Assembly: GCF_026210795.1 (NCBI RefSeq)
Contig: NC_089431.1
Location: forward strand, 992,001-1,056,000
Direction: 5' to 3'
From: Rhizophagus irregularis
Lineage: Eukaryota
DNA length: 64,000 bases
The position numbers were made by a program, and so were the translations under genes. The notes below the pieces were generated by a model that saw nothing but the letters and a program-made list of their open reading frames with translations, was not told the origin of the DNA and searched no databases. Positions 1 to 14,289 of this stretch are shown piece after piece. The first letter of the stretch is position 1, and each line of letters opens with the position of its first letter.

Positions 1-1311
1 GCTCAAATCTCGAAACCCTTGATATCATATAAAATGACTAGTACGATATTATACAAACTTTTTTAAAGTATTATATAATTATTATATATTTTATATTTTA
101 TTCCAAGTTGGAAGAATAAATTTATTATTTATTATAAAAATATTTTTATTTTATGAGAGTAACGTTCGTTACCTACAGTATAATAAATAGTTTTTTCGTT
201 TCGATTAAAAATAATTTTTTCATTTATATAATGAAATAATAGCATTTAGTATATAAAAAATACAAATGTTCTTGTTTTTTTTGTAATTTAGTTATTATAT
301 TTTGATCTGATAGTCATTGAATAGCGTGATCTATATACAATTCAATTGTAAATCAATTAAATTAGGCATTGCATTTTTAATTCTGCCCAAAATTCTACTC
401 TAATTCTAGTAAGTTGACATTCACCAGCGGTGATATTTAGCAATACTTAATTAAATTAGTGTAAGAGAATTTTATTAAGACAAAATTCTTTAAAAATTCT
501 TAACTGAACCAAATTTCGATCAATTTATTATTTTTGTCGTGATCATATACAGTATTTTATTAAATTTATTATATTGGAAAGAGATAAAAGAAAATTATAA
601 GATGATAAATGAACTAATATTTTTCTCGGATATGATTGTAAATTTCTGTTTCATAAAAGAAAATTTTTTTTAACTCGTACCTCAAAATAAATTAAGCAAA
701 GTCTAGATAACTTAAGAAGAAACAAAAAAATATTTTATTTAATATTTATTCAAATAAAAAAACTAATAATAAATATATAAAAATAAATCACTTTTAAATA
801 TAAAAATAATAGATTTAAAATTATGTTTGTTTACTACAACTAATTTTGAAGTAGTTTTCTTAATGCTTAATAGATCAGCTACTAACCCAAGTAACATTTT
901 TTGTCATCATATCAGAAATTCTATTTATCAAACATTTCGCTTTCTAACGTTTCTAACGTTTTGTAATCAAAGTTGAGCGTCTCTTTTTAACATTTTAACA
1001 CAATCCCAATAAATAATATAATTTCTAATATATACATTTTTTCGCTTATTTAATCCTGACAAAAAATTTCCACTAAGTTATAATACTAAAGTAAATAAAA
1101 TATAAACTAAGTTAATAAAAATTTTACTTTTAAATTTATTAAATAATATTCTGACTATTCCCAAAAAAAACCTACTATAATTTAAGATTAATCATTCAAA
1201 TTACTATCATCTTCTTGATTAATTTCGTTGAGATCTATTATTAAAATAATTAAATAAAATTAGACGAATAAAATAATAAATTACTTCAAATAAATTATTT
1301 TACCTGATTTA

Positions 1312-3055
1312 CTAAATTTTACAATCAAAACATTCTGAAACTATAAATTAAACAATAACATAGTGTTAGAATAAAATGTAAATTTATAATTAATATTAAT
1401 AATAATTATACTTACTTATATTTGCTGATACTGATGGAATATCATCTATTATTAAAAAAAATTGATATCGTTAAAACTCGAATAAGATTTTTTCATAATT
1501 AAAATTAAAAATAAAATTTACCCGAATTAACTTGAAATGATGATAAATCCGATGAGTTTACAGGTTCTGGAAGATTTTTGAAACTTAAAAATCTACTTGT
1601 GTATACTGCTTGAGGATGAGTTTTAATACTTTCAGACTTATTGTCATTCGATCTGTTTTTCAATGTTTTTTCTCTAATTTTTCTATTATATTTATCCATT
1701 TGAGTACGAATTTCACTACTGAGTTTCTCGTCTTCTTTATCCCATTTTTTTAATATTTGATACAATTCTTTAGCAGATGGTCTATTTTCTGTTTTAGCAT
1801 CCCAACATTTCATAATTAAATCTACAAGAAATTTTGGAATATCTTCAGAAATTTTTGGTCTTAGTCCTTTACATATTTTAACAGCTAAAATATGATCATG
1901 AGGAATATCATTAAAAGGAATTTCTTCAGAAAGAAACTCATTCATAATTATTCCAAATGAATAAATATCAGCTGCTTTTGTATATTGATGCCCACGTAAA
2001 ACTTCTGGTGCCATATAAGGTAATACTCCATAAACTCCTTCTTTTTTATCAGATTTCTCTTTATTATTTGCTGGTTGACACATTCCTAAATCACTTATAA
2101 ACATAGCCAAACCCAGCAATATATTGCCTGAATGAAAATCTTTATGTACTTTTTCAGCATTATGGATACTTAACAGTCCATTTGCAATTTCTGACAATCT
2201 ATAAAGTTTTATATTATCATCAAAATTATTTAAATATAAATTTCTTAAATTTCCGTTTTCACAATATTCTAAAACCATCATATAATCTTTCGTATTTGGA
2301 TCTTGTGATATTCCAAAGCAGTAAACAATATTCCGAATATAAATTTGAAGATAAGATTTGATCTAATATTTTTAAAAAAAAATTACAATGACAATTTGTA
2401 TATACGCAGGATAATTTTTATTTAATTACCTCATTTATAAAGTCAGTACAAATTTCGGAAGAATTATCCAAACTTTTTAATGCAATTTTACGATTTATGT
2501 CTCTTTTCCATTTTTGATTTTTAATGTCCCAATACCAAATATATCCTTCAGGCCATTCAGCTGAATAAATTTTACCAAAGCCTCCTCTGGTAATATAAGT
2601 AACATTTTGTAAATTCTCAAAAGGTATCCATTCAAGGCATGTTTTATAATGTACAGCATTAAGTTGTGAATATTGTATTAATTCATCAATATCTTTATTT
2701 CCACTAGTCCAATTTTTAAAATTTTTTTTAAATCTTTTTGCATTACAAGGTTGACTCCAGTACCATCCTGTGCCAGGTTCATTACATTCTCCACATATAC
2801 CATATGCTTCTTTTCTTTTTTCTATTTCATTTATGTAGATTACTCTATCATCAATCTCTTTTGATTTGGTAGAAGAATCAATAGAAGAAATTGTAACATG
2901 AGTCTAAATAAGTAATCAAAATATATATGTTAATTAAATAATATTATTTATAATGAATTATAAATTGCGATTGCATTTACATGATAATTATTTGAATTAA
3001 CATAATTCCATAAATTTCTTGGCTTTTTTTTGAATATCTTTTTTAACAATTCCAT
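1312..3055 (-). CDS. TKL-like Ser/Thr/Tyr protein kinase, multi-exon, apparently intact (kinase 1)
   Basis: Manual splice: exon 1 3055-2981 (MELLKKIFKK...), exon 2 2903-2430 (CGEC..WSQPC, RGGFGKIY, IALKSL), exon 3 2362-~1522 (HKDFHSGN, DLG, YMAPE, ADIYSFG), then two tiny 3' exons ending SECFDCKI*. GT-AG introns, in frame. Confidence 0.9.
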
Positions 3056-3978
3056 ACTTATCAATTACAAAATAAATGTGTTAATTACAGTAATTTTAGT
3101 TACGTGTGTATTACTGTTATTTTTTTACTTTATACAAAATATGAAATTATTAAACCAAGTTTAGTGAACTGTAAAGTCATTTTATTTACGGAGCCCGAAG
3201 TATGCAAAAATATGCATGTATCGTGCGCACCTGAAGCTAAAATCCATACCAATTAGAATCAACAATTTTGTCAGCCACACATTTTTATCCTAATCGAATC
3301 ATTGTGAAATTATTTAGATAAATAATAATAAAAATTAATCATGATGGTAAGATGGTAAGATTTTTTTGAAAACAAATATAAATTTGGAATCTAATTTGCT
3401 GATCAGAGTAGATTTGGTATGAAAATTTGTTGATCTTATTTTCGTTTGATCTACTTTGTCATTATCAAAATATGGGCATGATCTGCACAATTTTTTTTTT
3501 TCCGAAGTAGGACAGACAGGACGAAACTCTTAAACCAACAATTTTGTGATTATCCAACTCCCCATGAAAAAGAACACTTGTTAAATTATACAATTTACAA
3601 ATTGAAGAACATATGGAAACTGGTATTATTATATCTTTAATTACATAAATTTTATTAATAGATAATTCAATATTAAAAGTTTAATGTGTCATAGTTGATT
3701 AATTTCTTTTAATATTAAAAATCCGGTATTAAAAACTTTAATTAATAAATATTAAAATAGAAATACTATAGAAATAAATAGTAATTATTATAAGAAAAAA
3801 TGTATTTGTAACAGCCTGTTACATATCTTATTTGTAACATCCTTTTTTTATTTTTTTTTAATAATAAATTTAATATGTGTTTTACAAATAAAATTTTTAT
3901 ATGCAAAATTTAATTTGGAAAACTTTTACTTAATGTATTTAAGACAGTTTCATAGACAAAATTTTAAGTTATAAGCAG

Positions 3979-6549
3979 CATTGCAGAAACTTCATATTTT
4001 TAAACAACGTTGACACTGCGCCAAAATCACGTGATTCATCCGTCGTTATTATCTACCCCAGTATCGCCAGAAAATTTTTTCACCCCCACGTGACTTTGGC
4101 CGGCATTATGAGATTTGGCTGGAATTAAGAAATTAACCATGTGTCGAATAACGTGTGACGACTAGGATTTTAGACACCGAAAAAAATCTAAGTCCCCAGA
4201 ATACTTATAAAAAATGAGAAAGTGGAGGGATGTGACCCGGGTGACAAATTATTTAGGGTCACGTGGGGGTGAAAAAATTTTCTGGCGATACTGGGGAAGA
4301 TGTCGTTATTGAACGTCATACAACACGTTGCAAAAGTGAGAAAATGTATCGCCACTACGCTTTTTTAATTTACCATAAAAACGATTTCACTGCACCTATT
4401 TTACTACTGTAAACATATAGTCAAAACGTAGTAATTTATTTTTTACAACGTTTGTAAACACACTTTATTTGCACATATATTTAATAAAGCAAACAATGTT
4501 ATATATTACATATTACGCTAGCTAACTATTAAATTATTCATTATTAAGTATTGATAATATAATTCTTTATATAAAATGTATAAAAGTATCTGAAAATAAA
4601 ATTATTTGATAAACATGTTTTGCTATAGTAATTTGAAAAAAATCTAAAAAAATGAAACTTTTCCTTAAAACGAAATAATCCCATGAACTCCAAAAAACAA
4701 TCTGTCCGCCGAGATCTAAGAAAAAAATAAAAGAAACATTAAATGTTTCTAATTAAAGAAAACAAAAAAAGTAAGTTTCGCGTAGAAATTTACCGTCTCC
4801 AATCTCCAGGTACCCAATCAAAGCCTTTCTATAACTACAAAAAAAAAGTAAAAAATAAGGATGTTTCCAATACTAAGAAAAAGGTAAATTCCATTACGAA
4901 ACTTACCATTTCAAGATTCCAATACCTATTCTGCTATTCGAAACTTATAAGTAAAACAAGTAAAATAACTTTTCGTGATGAGGGAGCACTTTAAATTCTT
5001 GTATTCGCTCTTCTGTATCCAGTATCAAAGTCAAATTTTCATTTTGATTCATTATATGCCAATAGTAATACTTCAAAAGGTCTGGACATCTGAAAGAGAA
5101 GTATTGAAACATAAAACCTAAAAAAAGAAAAGAACATGACTGTTTAAAAAAAGAAAAAAGAAGATGAAACGTTAGTTAAACGTTTCGTTAAATAAAAATG
5201 AAAAAATTTAATTCGAAAGAACTTAAAAAGGAAAAAATCTAACCTTTGAAAATTTCACACATCCAAAGGCCTGACCTGTCTAAAAACAGAAAGAAAATGA
5301 AACAATAGTTAACATCTTATCAAAATAAAAAAATTTAATTCAGAAGAATTTAAAAAAGTAAAAAGAAATCAACCATTGGAAATTTCATGCGTCCAAAGGC
5401 CTGATCGTCTAAAAAAAGAAAGAAACAAGAAAATAAAATTTTAGTTAACCGCCAGTCAACGTTTTGTCAAATAAAAAAAATGAAAGAAAAAAATTTAACT
5501 TACCACAAGAACCGCCTAAAAAGAGAAAGAAATGAATTGTTAAGAACCATTTGTTAAAAGATGGAAGAAATAAATAAGAAACTTTACCAAAATGTCTCCC
5601 AAAATAACTTGAAAGAACCATCTAAAGAAAGAAAAAAAAGAAAAAATAAAGATGAAAAAAAAGAAAAAAATCTTACTGGAATTCTGATATCCCTTCCTTT
5701 ACCAATTTCTTCTTCATCGATTATAAATTCATCATATTTAAAATAACGAATATACTCATTCTCTAGCTTTTTTTCAATCCATTTTTTTACCGAAGTTATT
5801 TTGTCATTTAAGTTATAATATACTTTTTTTTTAAAAAAAAATCGTTACGAACTCTTAATTTTCATTGCATAATGCAATGATTTTTGTCTAATAAAGAAAA
5901 ATATCAAAATGTTGCTAAATGTTCCGCTAAGATTTTTATTAAAGAGAGTGAAACAAGAGGAAGAGAAAAAGAGAGGAAGGGAAAGGGTGAGACTGTGAGA
6001 AAGGAAAAAAGTTTGTTAAGGTTTAAAAAAAAAACGTGGCTGATCTGTTAAAATTGTCACGTTAATCACGTGATACATAATTTCATATAAATAAGGGCTT
6101 TCCCCGAAATTTGATTTTTTTTTTCCTGCTTAACATAATTAGGAAATATAAAATAATAAAAAAAATGAATGGCATTCAGAAATATTCTAAGCAATTATTA
6201 TTAAATTTTTTTCTTACATTAGCTGATACTTAAGTATAAATATCTGCGCATAAAAACAATTTAATTATTTCAGTATAACATAGTATCATCATCGTTACTA
6301 TGCAATTATAAGCATTGTAATCGCATTTTCAACATCAATATTATGAAAATGAAAAAAATAATACTTAAAAAATTTTAATATAAAAAAAGCCATATTTATG
6401 ATACAGTCACAATGTATCAAACAACGCAATTACAGTATTGTAGATGTATTGCAATTTCGTATTAACATACAATGCATTGTTACGTTACTAAAATAATAAC
6501 GTGATACTATAGTGAAAGCGATGTCATAAAATCACAGGTTTCAGCAATG
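3979..6549. mobile_element. Nested non-autonomous CACTA/CMC-like element carrying a micro-exon-like array
   Basis: Ends CATTGCAGAAAC ... GTTTCAGCAATG with a 2-bp duplication AG; TCACGTGA near the left end and at ~6066. Confidence 0.55.
4051..4301. mobile_element. MULE-type MITE
   Basis: ~44-bp TIR ATCTACCCCAGTATCGCCAGAAAATTTTTTCACCCCCACGTGAC; exact 9-bp TSD GTCGTTATT at 4042-4050 and 4302-4310. Confidence 0.9.
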
Positions 6550-6754
6550 AGTTTCTTGAAATTTTTTAAAAAATTCTTTTGTCTTAGTTACACGACTGAT
6601 CTTTTGTTTTTGTTTACATTACGCCTGATCTTAAATTTTAATTGGATAAAATTGGGGTTGTTACAAATAAGACGCGTAACAGGCTGTTACAATTAGATTT
6701 ATCCTTATTATAATTTTGCCATGTTTCCAGATGTAATGTTTTCTAGAAAAAAAT

Positions 6755-7537
6755 CTCAAATCCTAAACTCTTGATATCATATAAAATGACTAAGTACGAT
6801 ATTATAATTTATTATACAAACTTTTTTAAAGTATTATATATTATATATTATATTTTGGAAGATTAAATTTATTATTTATTATAAAAATATCTTTATTTTA
6901 TGAAAGTAACGCTCGTTACCTATAGTATAAAAAATAGTTTTTTTCATTTCGATTAAAAATAATGTGGTTTTCATTTATACAGTATAATTAAATGGGATTA
7001 AAATTTGAACGCACCTGCGCTTTGAACACACCCTTTTTTGTAATGCTGATCATTTTATCACGTGATACCGGAGAATTTCTGATTTTTTTGAATAAACGCT
7101 ATACCTTATACACTTATAAATAAACTCACGTTATATGTGTATTTTTGCCTTCTCTACAACTTTACTTACTATGGCAAAAAAGGGTTTAAAACTTCATTTT
7201 TGACTTATACCATGGGGGTGCGTTTAAATTTTAAACACTAATTAAATAGTAGCGTTTATATAAAAAATACAAACGTCCTTGTTTTATTTATAGTTTAGTT
7301 ACGATAGTCCTTGAATAACGTGATCTAGTATATGCAATTCACTACTTTACTTTCGTTAGTAAACTGGTTAGCAATCAATTAAATTAGTGCAGGAGAATTT
7401 TTATTAAGACAAACATTCTTTAAAAATTCTTAGCTGAACCGAATTTCGATCAATTTATTATTTTTGTCCTTCAAGATTGTGAACATTACTTATTATTATA
7501 TTGGAAAGAAATAAAAGAAAATTATAAGATGATAAAT
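6755..7537 (+). repeat. Duplicated non-coding segment (copy of 1-~610; partial inverted copy at ~34740-34980)
   Basis: Direct sequence similarity (CTCAAATC...GATATCATATAAAATGACTA through AAATTATAAGATGATAAATG). Confidence 0.85.
6994..7238. mobile_element. MULE-type MITE
   Basis: TIR GGGATTAAAATTTGAACGCACC vs revcomp GTGTTTAAAATTTAAACGCACC; 9-bp TSD TAATTAAAT; empty site visible in the paralogous segment at ~228-245. Confidence 0.88.
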
Positions 7538-9216
7538 GCCGTGAGTTCGGCCAGCATTAGGTTAATTGATCTAAATATTCTAAATTTACTAACAAGCCTA
7601 TTGATTAATAAAATTAGTTTTTCTTTGAAATAATTTTTACTTTAAAAAGAATTAATTTCATTCATTTTCTGTTATAATATAATCTGAAATGCGCATCAAA
7701 TAACATAATTATTATATGAATCACATGAGCTACGAATATTAAAAAACGATCACTTATTATTAAATATGAACAAACTCTTGAGGTGTTGCACCTCTTTCTC
7801 TTAGATTGATATGAGGTTTATAATATCAAAAATTCCTATTGCTATCATGTACGGTAACTAATACATAATATATACTATGATACTGCTAGTATCCAATGTA
7901 ATGTTCTCAATTTTCACATCCACTGAATTTAGTAAACCTATGATCTTGTTATACATAATTACTGTATATACAGTATATATATCACACTTTTCCTATGATA
8001 AAGAATTATTCACTAATGATGATGATTGCTATAAAGTATAAATAATATTGTTGTTGTTATTTACAGATTAAAGAATATCCGTTTTCTAAATGCCTATCTC
8101 TATTCAAAAAAATTTTTTTTTTTTGATAATAAATAAAATAAAGTTGATATCTATAGTACCTTTATTATGTTTAACGCAAAAGCAAATGTGATGGAATGAT
8201 TTGAATGGAAGTAGCTGGTATTTTATAATCATTGATAGAATAAGGTGAATTAACCGTAAATTCTTTAAACTATCGATTTAAGATTTATATTACGGGATAA
8301 AAATCAATTAGGCCAATTGCGGAAATCAAGGTGAAGAAAAAATAACATGATCACTTATTATCGCTTATATACATAATAGAGCATCGTGTAATTAATTACA
8401 TCATTTTCATCTCAAAAAAAAAAAAAATGAATTTGAGTAACTTGATCAACTACCTTAAGTTCTTAATAGGCTGTGTTTTTAATAGTTTCTGATTATTATT
8501 TTTTACAATCTGTTACAATCATCAGTACTACTTTTTAGATCATAGCTCAGTTATTTGTTCAAATAATAAAATGTAGACTTAATAATTGTATGGCTAATAA
8601 TTAACTATGAAATTATTGAATATTTGAATCCATTATAACATTCCAAATTATAATATATGTAATATTGCATCAAAGATTCCTTGTTTTATTATTTATTTAT
8701 TTCACTTCAGAAGGGCCATCAGTTATATTAAGAATCCCATTAATATAAAATGGCTTTTTCTTCCTTTAAATTTAACTATTAAAAGTAAACTCGCTGTTTA
8801 AAACATCAATAAGTGATAAAAATTTTAAATATAAATAATAAATAAAAAAGGTATTAAAATAAATTTATTGATCATTTAAATACTTTAGGACAAACCAACC
8901 AAACATTTATTATGCATAATAATTAATATGATTTTATAAATACATTGAGTGGAATATTTACAGTTGCAAATATCACAGTTTTACATTCAAACGATCAAAT
9001 AATAATCATCAAATAAGCATAATAAAAAATTTAAAATCTTTATTTATACAGAATATTCTTAAATATAAAATCCAATAAATCTATATATACTATAATATAC
9101 TACGTAGAAAAAAACTAAGATAAAAATTTATAAAGTATAAATGAAAGTAGAATAGAAGTAAAACTAACTTCAACACTCAAACCAGTAATTTACTCTAACT
9201 TTCACATATAAGAAAT

Positions 9217-11325
9217 TTACTTATTACTATGTTCACTATCTTGACAAATTTCATTTAGTTCTATAAAAAAAATAGATTGGATAAATTAGAAAGGAAATAT
9301 TAGTAAAATTACAAATAGATAATAACTTACCCAGTTCACTTAATTGAACATCTAAGCATTCTGAAACTGCATATTATGTATTCATGGTATTTAAATGTTA
9401 ACAATAATATGAATAAATAATTATAATAATTGATAATAATTAAGAGAATACTTACGTGGATTTGTTGATGTTGATTGAGTAGTATAATTAGCATCTATTA
9501 AAAATAAAATAACATTAATAATGTAAAATGGACTATATGATAAAGCAAAATTAAAATTTAATTACCTAAACTGAATTGAAAAGATGATAAATCTGAAGAA
9601 TTTACTGGTTTTGGAAGATTTTTGAAATTTAAAAGTCTACTAGTATAAATTGCTTGTGGATGTGTTTTGAAGTTTTTGGATTTATCTTCATTTGATCTGT
9701 TTCTGAATTTTTCTTCTCTAATTTTATCACATTCTTTTATTTGAGACCAAATTTCACTATTATCTTTATTATCTTCATGATCTTCATGATCTTCATGATT
9801 ATCTTCAATATCTTCAATCTCATCATACCATTTCTTTAATACTTGATACAATTCTTTAGTGGTTGGTCTATTTTTTATTTCAGCATCCCAACATTTTATT
9901 ATCAAATCTGCAAGTAACTTTGGCACGTCTTTAGAAATTGTTTGTCTAAGTCCTTTACAAATTTTAATGGCTAAAAATTCATCATGAGGAATATCATTAA
10001 AAGGAATTTCTTCAGAAAGAAATTCGTTCATTATTATTCCAAATGAGTAAATATCTGCTGCTTTTGTATATTGGTATCCACGTAAAACTTCTGGTGCCAT
10101 ATATGGTAATACTCCATAAATTCCTTCTTCTTTAACTTTTTGCTTATTTGCTGGTTGACACATTCCTAAATCACTTATAAATGGAAGAGAATCCTCATCA
10201 TGCAATATATTACCTGAATGAAAATCTTTGTGAACTTTTTCAGCATTATGAATATCTAAAAGTCCTCTTGCAATTTGTTGTAATTGATCAATTTTTGATT
10301 TATAATTAATATAATTATTTGATTTATTTAAATAATTTCTCAAATTTCCATTTTCACAATAAATTAAAACCATCATATACTCTTTATTATTTGGATCTTG
10401 AGTAATTCCATAACATCGAACAATATCAACAAGATAAATCTGAAGATGAGATTTAATCTAATTATCATCAAAAAGGAAAACTTTTATTAATAAATAAATG
10501 CAAATAACAATGATCCTTATATTTATATATGTTGTAAGTGGAAACGGAATCTATGTGGATTCTGAATCCACATATGTGGATATGGGATGTTGACCAGAAT
10601 TAAAGCATAGTACCAGACTAGGATTTCGTAATGCTGACCAAGATCCGGTATTCAGAAACCACATACAACATATACAGTAGTTTAAGACAAAGTAAGTTAA
10701 ATTATCTCATTTAAAAAATCTGAACATATATCAGAAGAATTATTCAAACTTTTTAATGCATATTTATCTAAATATTTGTATCTATGCCATTTTTGATTTT
10801 CAATATCCCAATAATCAATATATCCTTCAAGCCATTCAGCTGAATAAATCTTACCAAAACCACCTTCTGTAATATAAGCGATATTTTGAAATTTTTCAAA
10901 AGGTATCCATTCAAGACATTTAAAATAATGTACAGCATTAAGTTGTGATTATTGTATAAATTCATCAATATCTTTATTTCCACTAGTCCAATTTTTAAAA
11001 TTATTTTTAAATCTTTTAGCATTACAAGATTGACACCATTGATATCCTGTGTCAGGTTCTTTACATTCTCCACATATTCCATATGCTTGTTTTCTTTTTT
11101 CTAAATCTTCTATATAAACTACTCTTTCATCTACATTTTCTGATTTAGTAGTTGAATCAATAGTAGAAATTGTAACATGGTACTATTAATAGACAAAAAA
11201 TTATTAATATTTTTAACTACAAAAATTCAATAAAATAATTATAATTATTAAAATTATTAAATTGCTATTACCTGATATCTATCAAAATCAATTTCCTCCC
11301 ATAAATTTTTTGGCTTTTCATACAT
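9217..11325 (-). pseudogene. TKL-like protein kinase pseudogene (kinase 2)
   Basis: Same exon layout as kinase 1; in-frame TAA at 10949-10951 (IQ*SQLNA); intron-2 donor reads GAG|ATAA instead of GAG|GTAA (~10704); catalytic exon 9558-10376 still open. Confidence 0.8.
10530..10670. mobile_element. 141-bp TGTTG...CAACA insertion (Ginger-like MITE or tiny solo LTR) in a kinase 2 intron
   Basis: TIR TGTTGTA(A/T)GTGG, TATA on both sides; absent from the equivalent intron of kinases 1 and 4. Confidence 0.7.
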
Positions 11326-11986
11326 ATTAATTATTTTGAGTTGTGGATTATAAATTTAATTTTAGTTTTATAATTCACTACGTTACTCGAAATAAATTCC
11401 AGAATTATTATAGGCAAAAGAAAAAAATTATTAATTGAATGAAGTTCAATAAATTGCGCACTTTTATATTATTTATTTGTATTATTGTTTGTACTACTAT
11501 TTATATACAAAAATTAGAGAGCATAGTAAACATGTAGTGTATGGAAACCTTTGTATGTAAGTATGGTAAAACATCACGCACTTATGGTCACGTGACCCTT
11601 TATATACACAATAGAACGGTCTAGGTCTTTCCTTATTTGGTAATAAACAATGTAGATCTGTATGGAACGTGCGTGATATTTTACTTACACTACATGTTAT
11701 CGTATCGTAACACCCCAAAAGAGTAAAAGTACAATTTTTGTGACAAAAAAAATTCGTAAGCAGTTGCTGATCAACATAAAAAGACTTAAAATGCGAAGTA
11801 AAATTATTTTTTATCTGAACTTATTTTTTTCGGTAATGTACATCTTTTTTCTGTATTACCATTCTACTAAGGCGTAATATTAACAAATTCATTTCTATAA
11901 TAAAAAATATTAACAAAAAGACATCTAATTTTACTAATTATTTTTAAGAGGGCGTGATTTTGACAAAAGACAATGGGAAAATGTCC

Positions 11987-12415
11987 GTGTATACGAACAG
12001 TATAATGTTCCAGATTCTTATCGAAATAAATCTGAATTAGCACGATCAATCCAAGCTGACAAACGAGCAGGTAACTTTTAATTATATTACAATTTTATTT
12101 TTAAATATATTTATGATAATAGCATAATAATTGTATATTTATTTAAATTATTTAGAAAAAAGACGTAAAGACAAGCAACCTTTAAAATCTTCAAATAAAG
12201 TTTCTAGTGCATCAAAGAAACAGAGATGTAATTCACGAAACAAGGAAAATGAAAATGAAATTATTTTAATAGACGATGATAATTTACTTGATCAGCAAGT
12301 AAAAATTAATAAACTAGTGCTAGAAAAGTTACTTCTTCAGAAACAAACAAATGATGAACTCGAAAAAGAGATTATGTTGCTTGAAAGGCGAAATCGCATT
12401 TTAGCAGGAAAATAG
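11987..12415 (+). pseudogene. 3' fragment of an unknown, possibly TE-derived gene with a coiled-coil-like C-terminus
   Basis: Exon RVYEQYNVPDSYRNKSELARSIQADKRA|gt spliced to EKRRKDK...ILAGK*; no start or upstream exons found. Confidence 0.35.
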
Positions 12416-12643
12416 TTAACGTGAACTTTGATGCTAATAATAACATGTAATACTGTACATTTGTGCTTTATAAAATATCATCTTTTAATTTGAAACCTAA
12501 TATATATATATATATTTAATAATTTAAATTATTTTAGTATTTAACGAACATTCAATTTATTAAATTACTTTTATAATTCGACTTATAATTATAAAAAATT
12601 TTTTAATCTTATCAGTTATACGCAATTGTAAATATAAATTACA

Positions 12644-12761
12644 AGTATAGAGATAAATTGTACTGTACGAATTTTTTTAATTACTGTACTGTACTGTACG
12701 ATAAATTTTAAAAAAAATTCGTACAGTACAGTTTAGCTGCAGTAAGTTTATCTCTATACTG
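12644..12761. mobile_element. Small foldback MITE
   Basis: AGTATAGAGATAAA...TTTATCTCTATACT ends and internal TGTACTGTACGAATTTTTTT/AAAAAAATTCGTACAGTACA arms; no clear TSD. Confidence 0.55.
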
Positions 12762-12960
12762 AAAAATTTCCACTAAGATATAATACTAAAATATAACCTA
12801 ATTTAATAAAAATCTTTAGTTTCCGAAAAAAAACCTATTATAATTTAAGACTTATCATTCAAATTATCATCTTCTTGATTAATTTCGTTGAGATCTATTA
12901 TTAAAATAATTAAATAAAATTAGACGAATAAAATAATAATAAATTATTTTACCTAATTCA

Positions 12961-14289
12961 CTAAATTTTACAATCAAAGCATTCTGAAACTATAAATTAA
13001 ACAATAACATAATGTTAGAATAAAAATATAAATTTATAATTAATATTAATAATGGTTATACTTAGATTTTCTGATATTGATGGAACATCATCTATTATTG
13101 AAAAAAAAATTTGATATCGTTAAAACTTGAATAAGATTTTTTCATAATTAATTAAAAATTTACCCGAATTAACTTGAAATGATGATAAATCTGATGAATT
13201 TACTGGTTCTGGGAGATTTTTGAAATTTAACAATCTACTTGTATAGATTGCTTGAGGATGAGTTTTAATACTTTCAGACTTATTTTCATTTGATTTGTTT
13301 TTAAATTTTTTTTTTCTAATTTTATTGTCATATTCCCACATTTGAGAACAAATTTCATTATCGGATTTCACTTCTTCTTCATCCCATTTGTTTAATATTT
13401 GATACAATTAGTAAATATCAGCTGCTTTTGTATATTTATATCCACGTAAAACTTCTGGTGCCATATAAGGTAATACTCCATAAACTCCTTTTTTATCTGA
13501 TTTCTTTTTATTATTTGCTGGTTGACACATTCCTAAATCACTTATAAAGAAAGCTATATTACATAATATATTGCCTGAATGAAAGTCTTTATGGACTTTT
13601 CCAGCATTATGGATACTTAACAGTCCATTTGCAATTGCTGATAATCTACAAAGTTTCATATTATAATCAGGATTATTTAAATAGTAATTTCTTAAATTTC
13701 CATTTTCACAATATTCTAAAACCATCATATAATCTTTGGTATTTGGATCTTATGTTATTCCATAGCAGTAAACAATATTCTGAATATAAATCTGAAGATA
13801 AGATTTGATCTAATAATTACTGGTAATATAAGTAACATTTTGTAATTTCTCAAATAAAAGGTATCCATTCAAGGCATTTAAAACAATATACAGCATTAAG
13901 CTGTATTAATTCATCAATATCTTTATTTCCACTAGTCCAATTTTTAAAGTTTTCTTCAAATCTTTTTGCATTACAAAGTTGACACCAATATTCTCCTGTG
14001 CCAGGTTCATCACATTCTTCACATATACCATATACTTCTTTTCTTTTTTCTATTTCATCCATATAGATTACTTTATCATCAATCTCTTCTGATTTGGTAG
14101 CTGAAACAATAGTAGAAATTGTAACATGATTCTAAATAAGTAATCAAAATATATTTATTAATTAAATCATATTATTTATATACATAGTAAATTATAAAGT
14201 GAAATTGCATTTACATGATATTCCTTCGAATCAACTATTTTCCATAAATTACTTGGCTTTTTTTTGGATGTTTTATTCAAAATTTCCAT
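12961..14289 (-). pseudogene. TKL-like protein kinase pseudogene (kinase 3)
   Basis: Deletion removes the G-loop/ALK region (jump at ~13820), second deletion after ADIY (~13408), 4-nt insertion near 13853, TAA replacing Gln at ~13751. Confidence 0.9.

Larger units (their letters stand above)
3794..6704. mobile_element. Non-autonomous Mutator-like (MULE) element
   Basis: Imperfect ~45-bp TIRs (GAAAAAATGTATTTGTAACAGCCTGTTAC vs revcomp GGATAAATCTAATTGTAACAGCCTGTTAC); 9-bp TSD TTATTATAA at 3785-3793 and 6705-6713. Confidence 0.8.

Noticed and set aside
10768..11082. 104-aa ORF (and similar 32737-32919)
   Set aside because: Off-frame reading of kinase exon 2.
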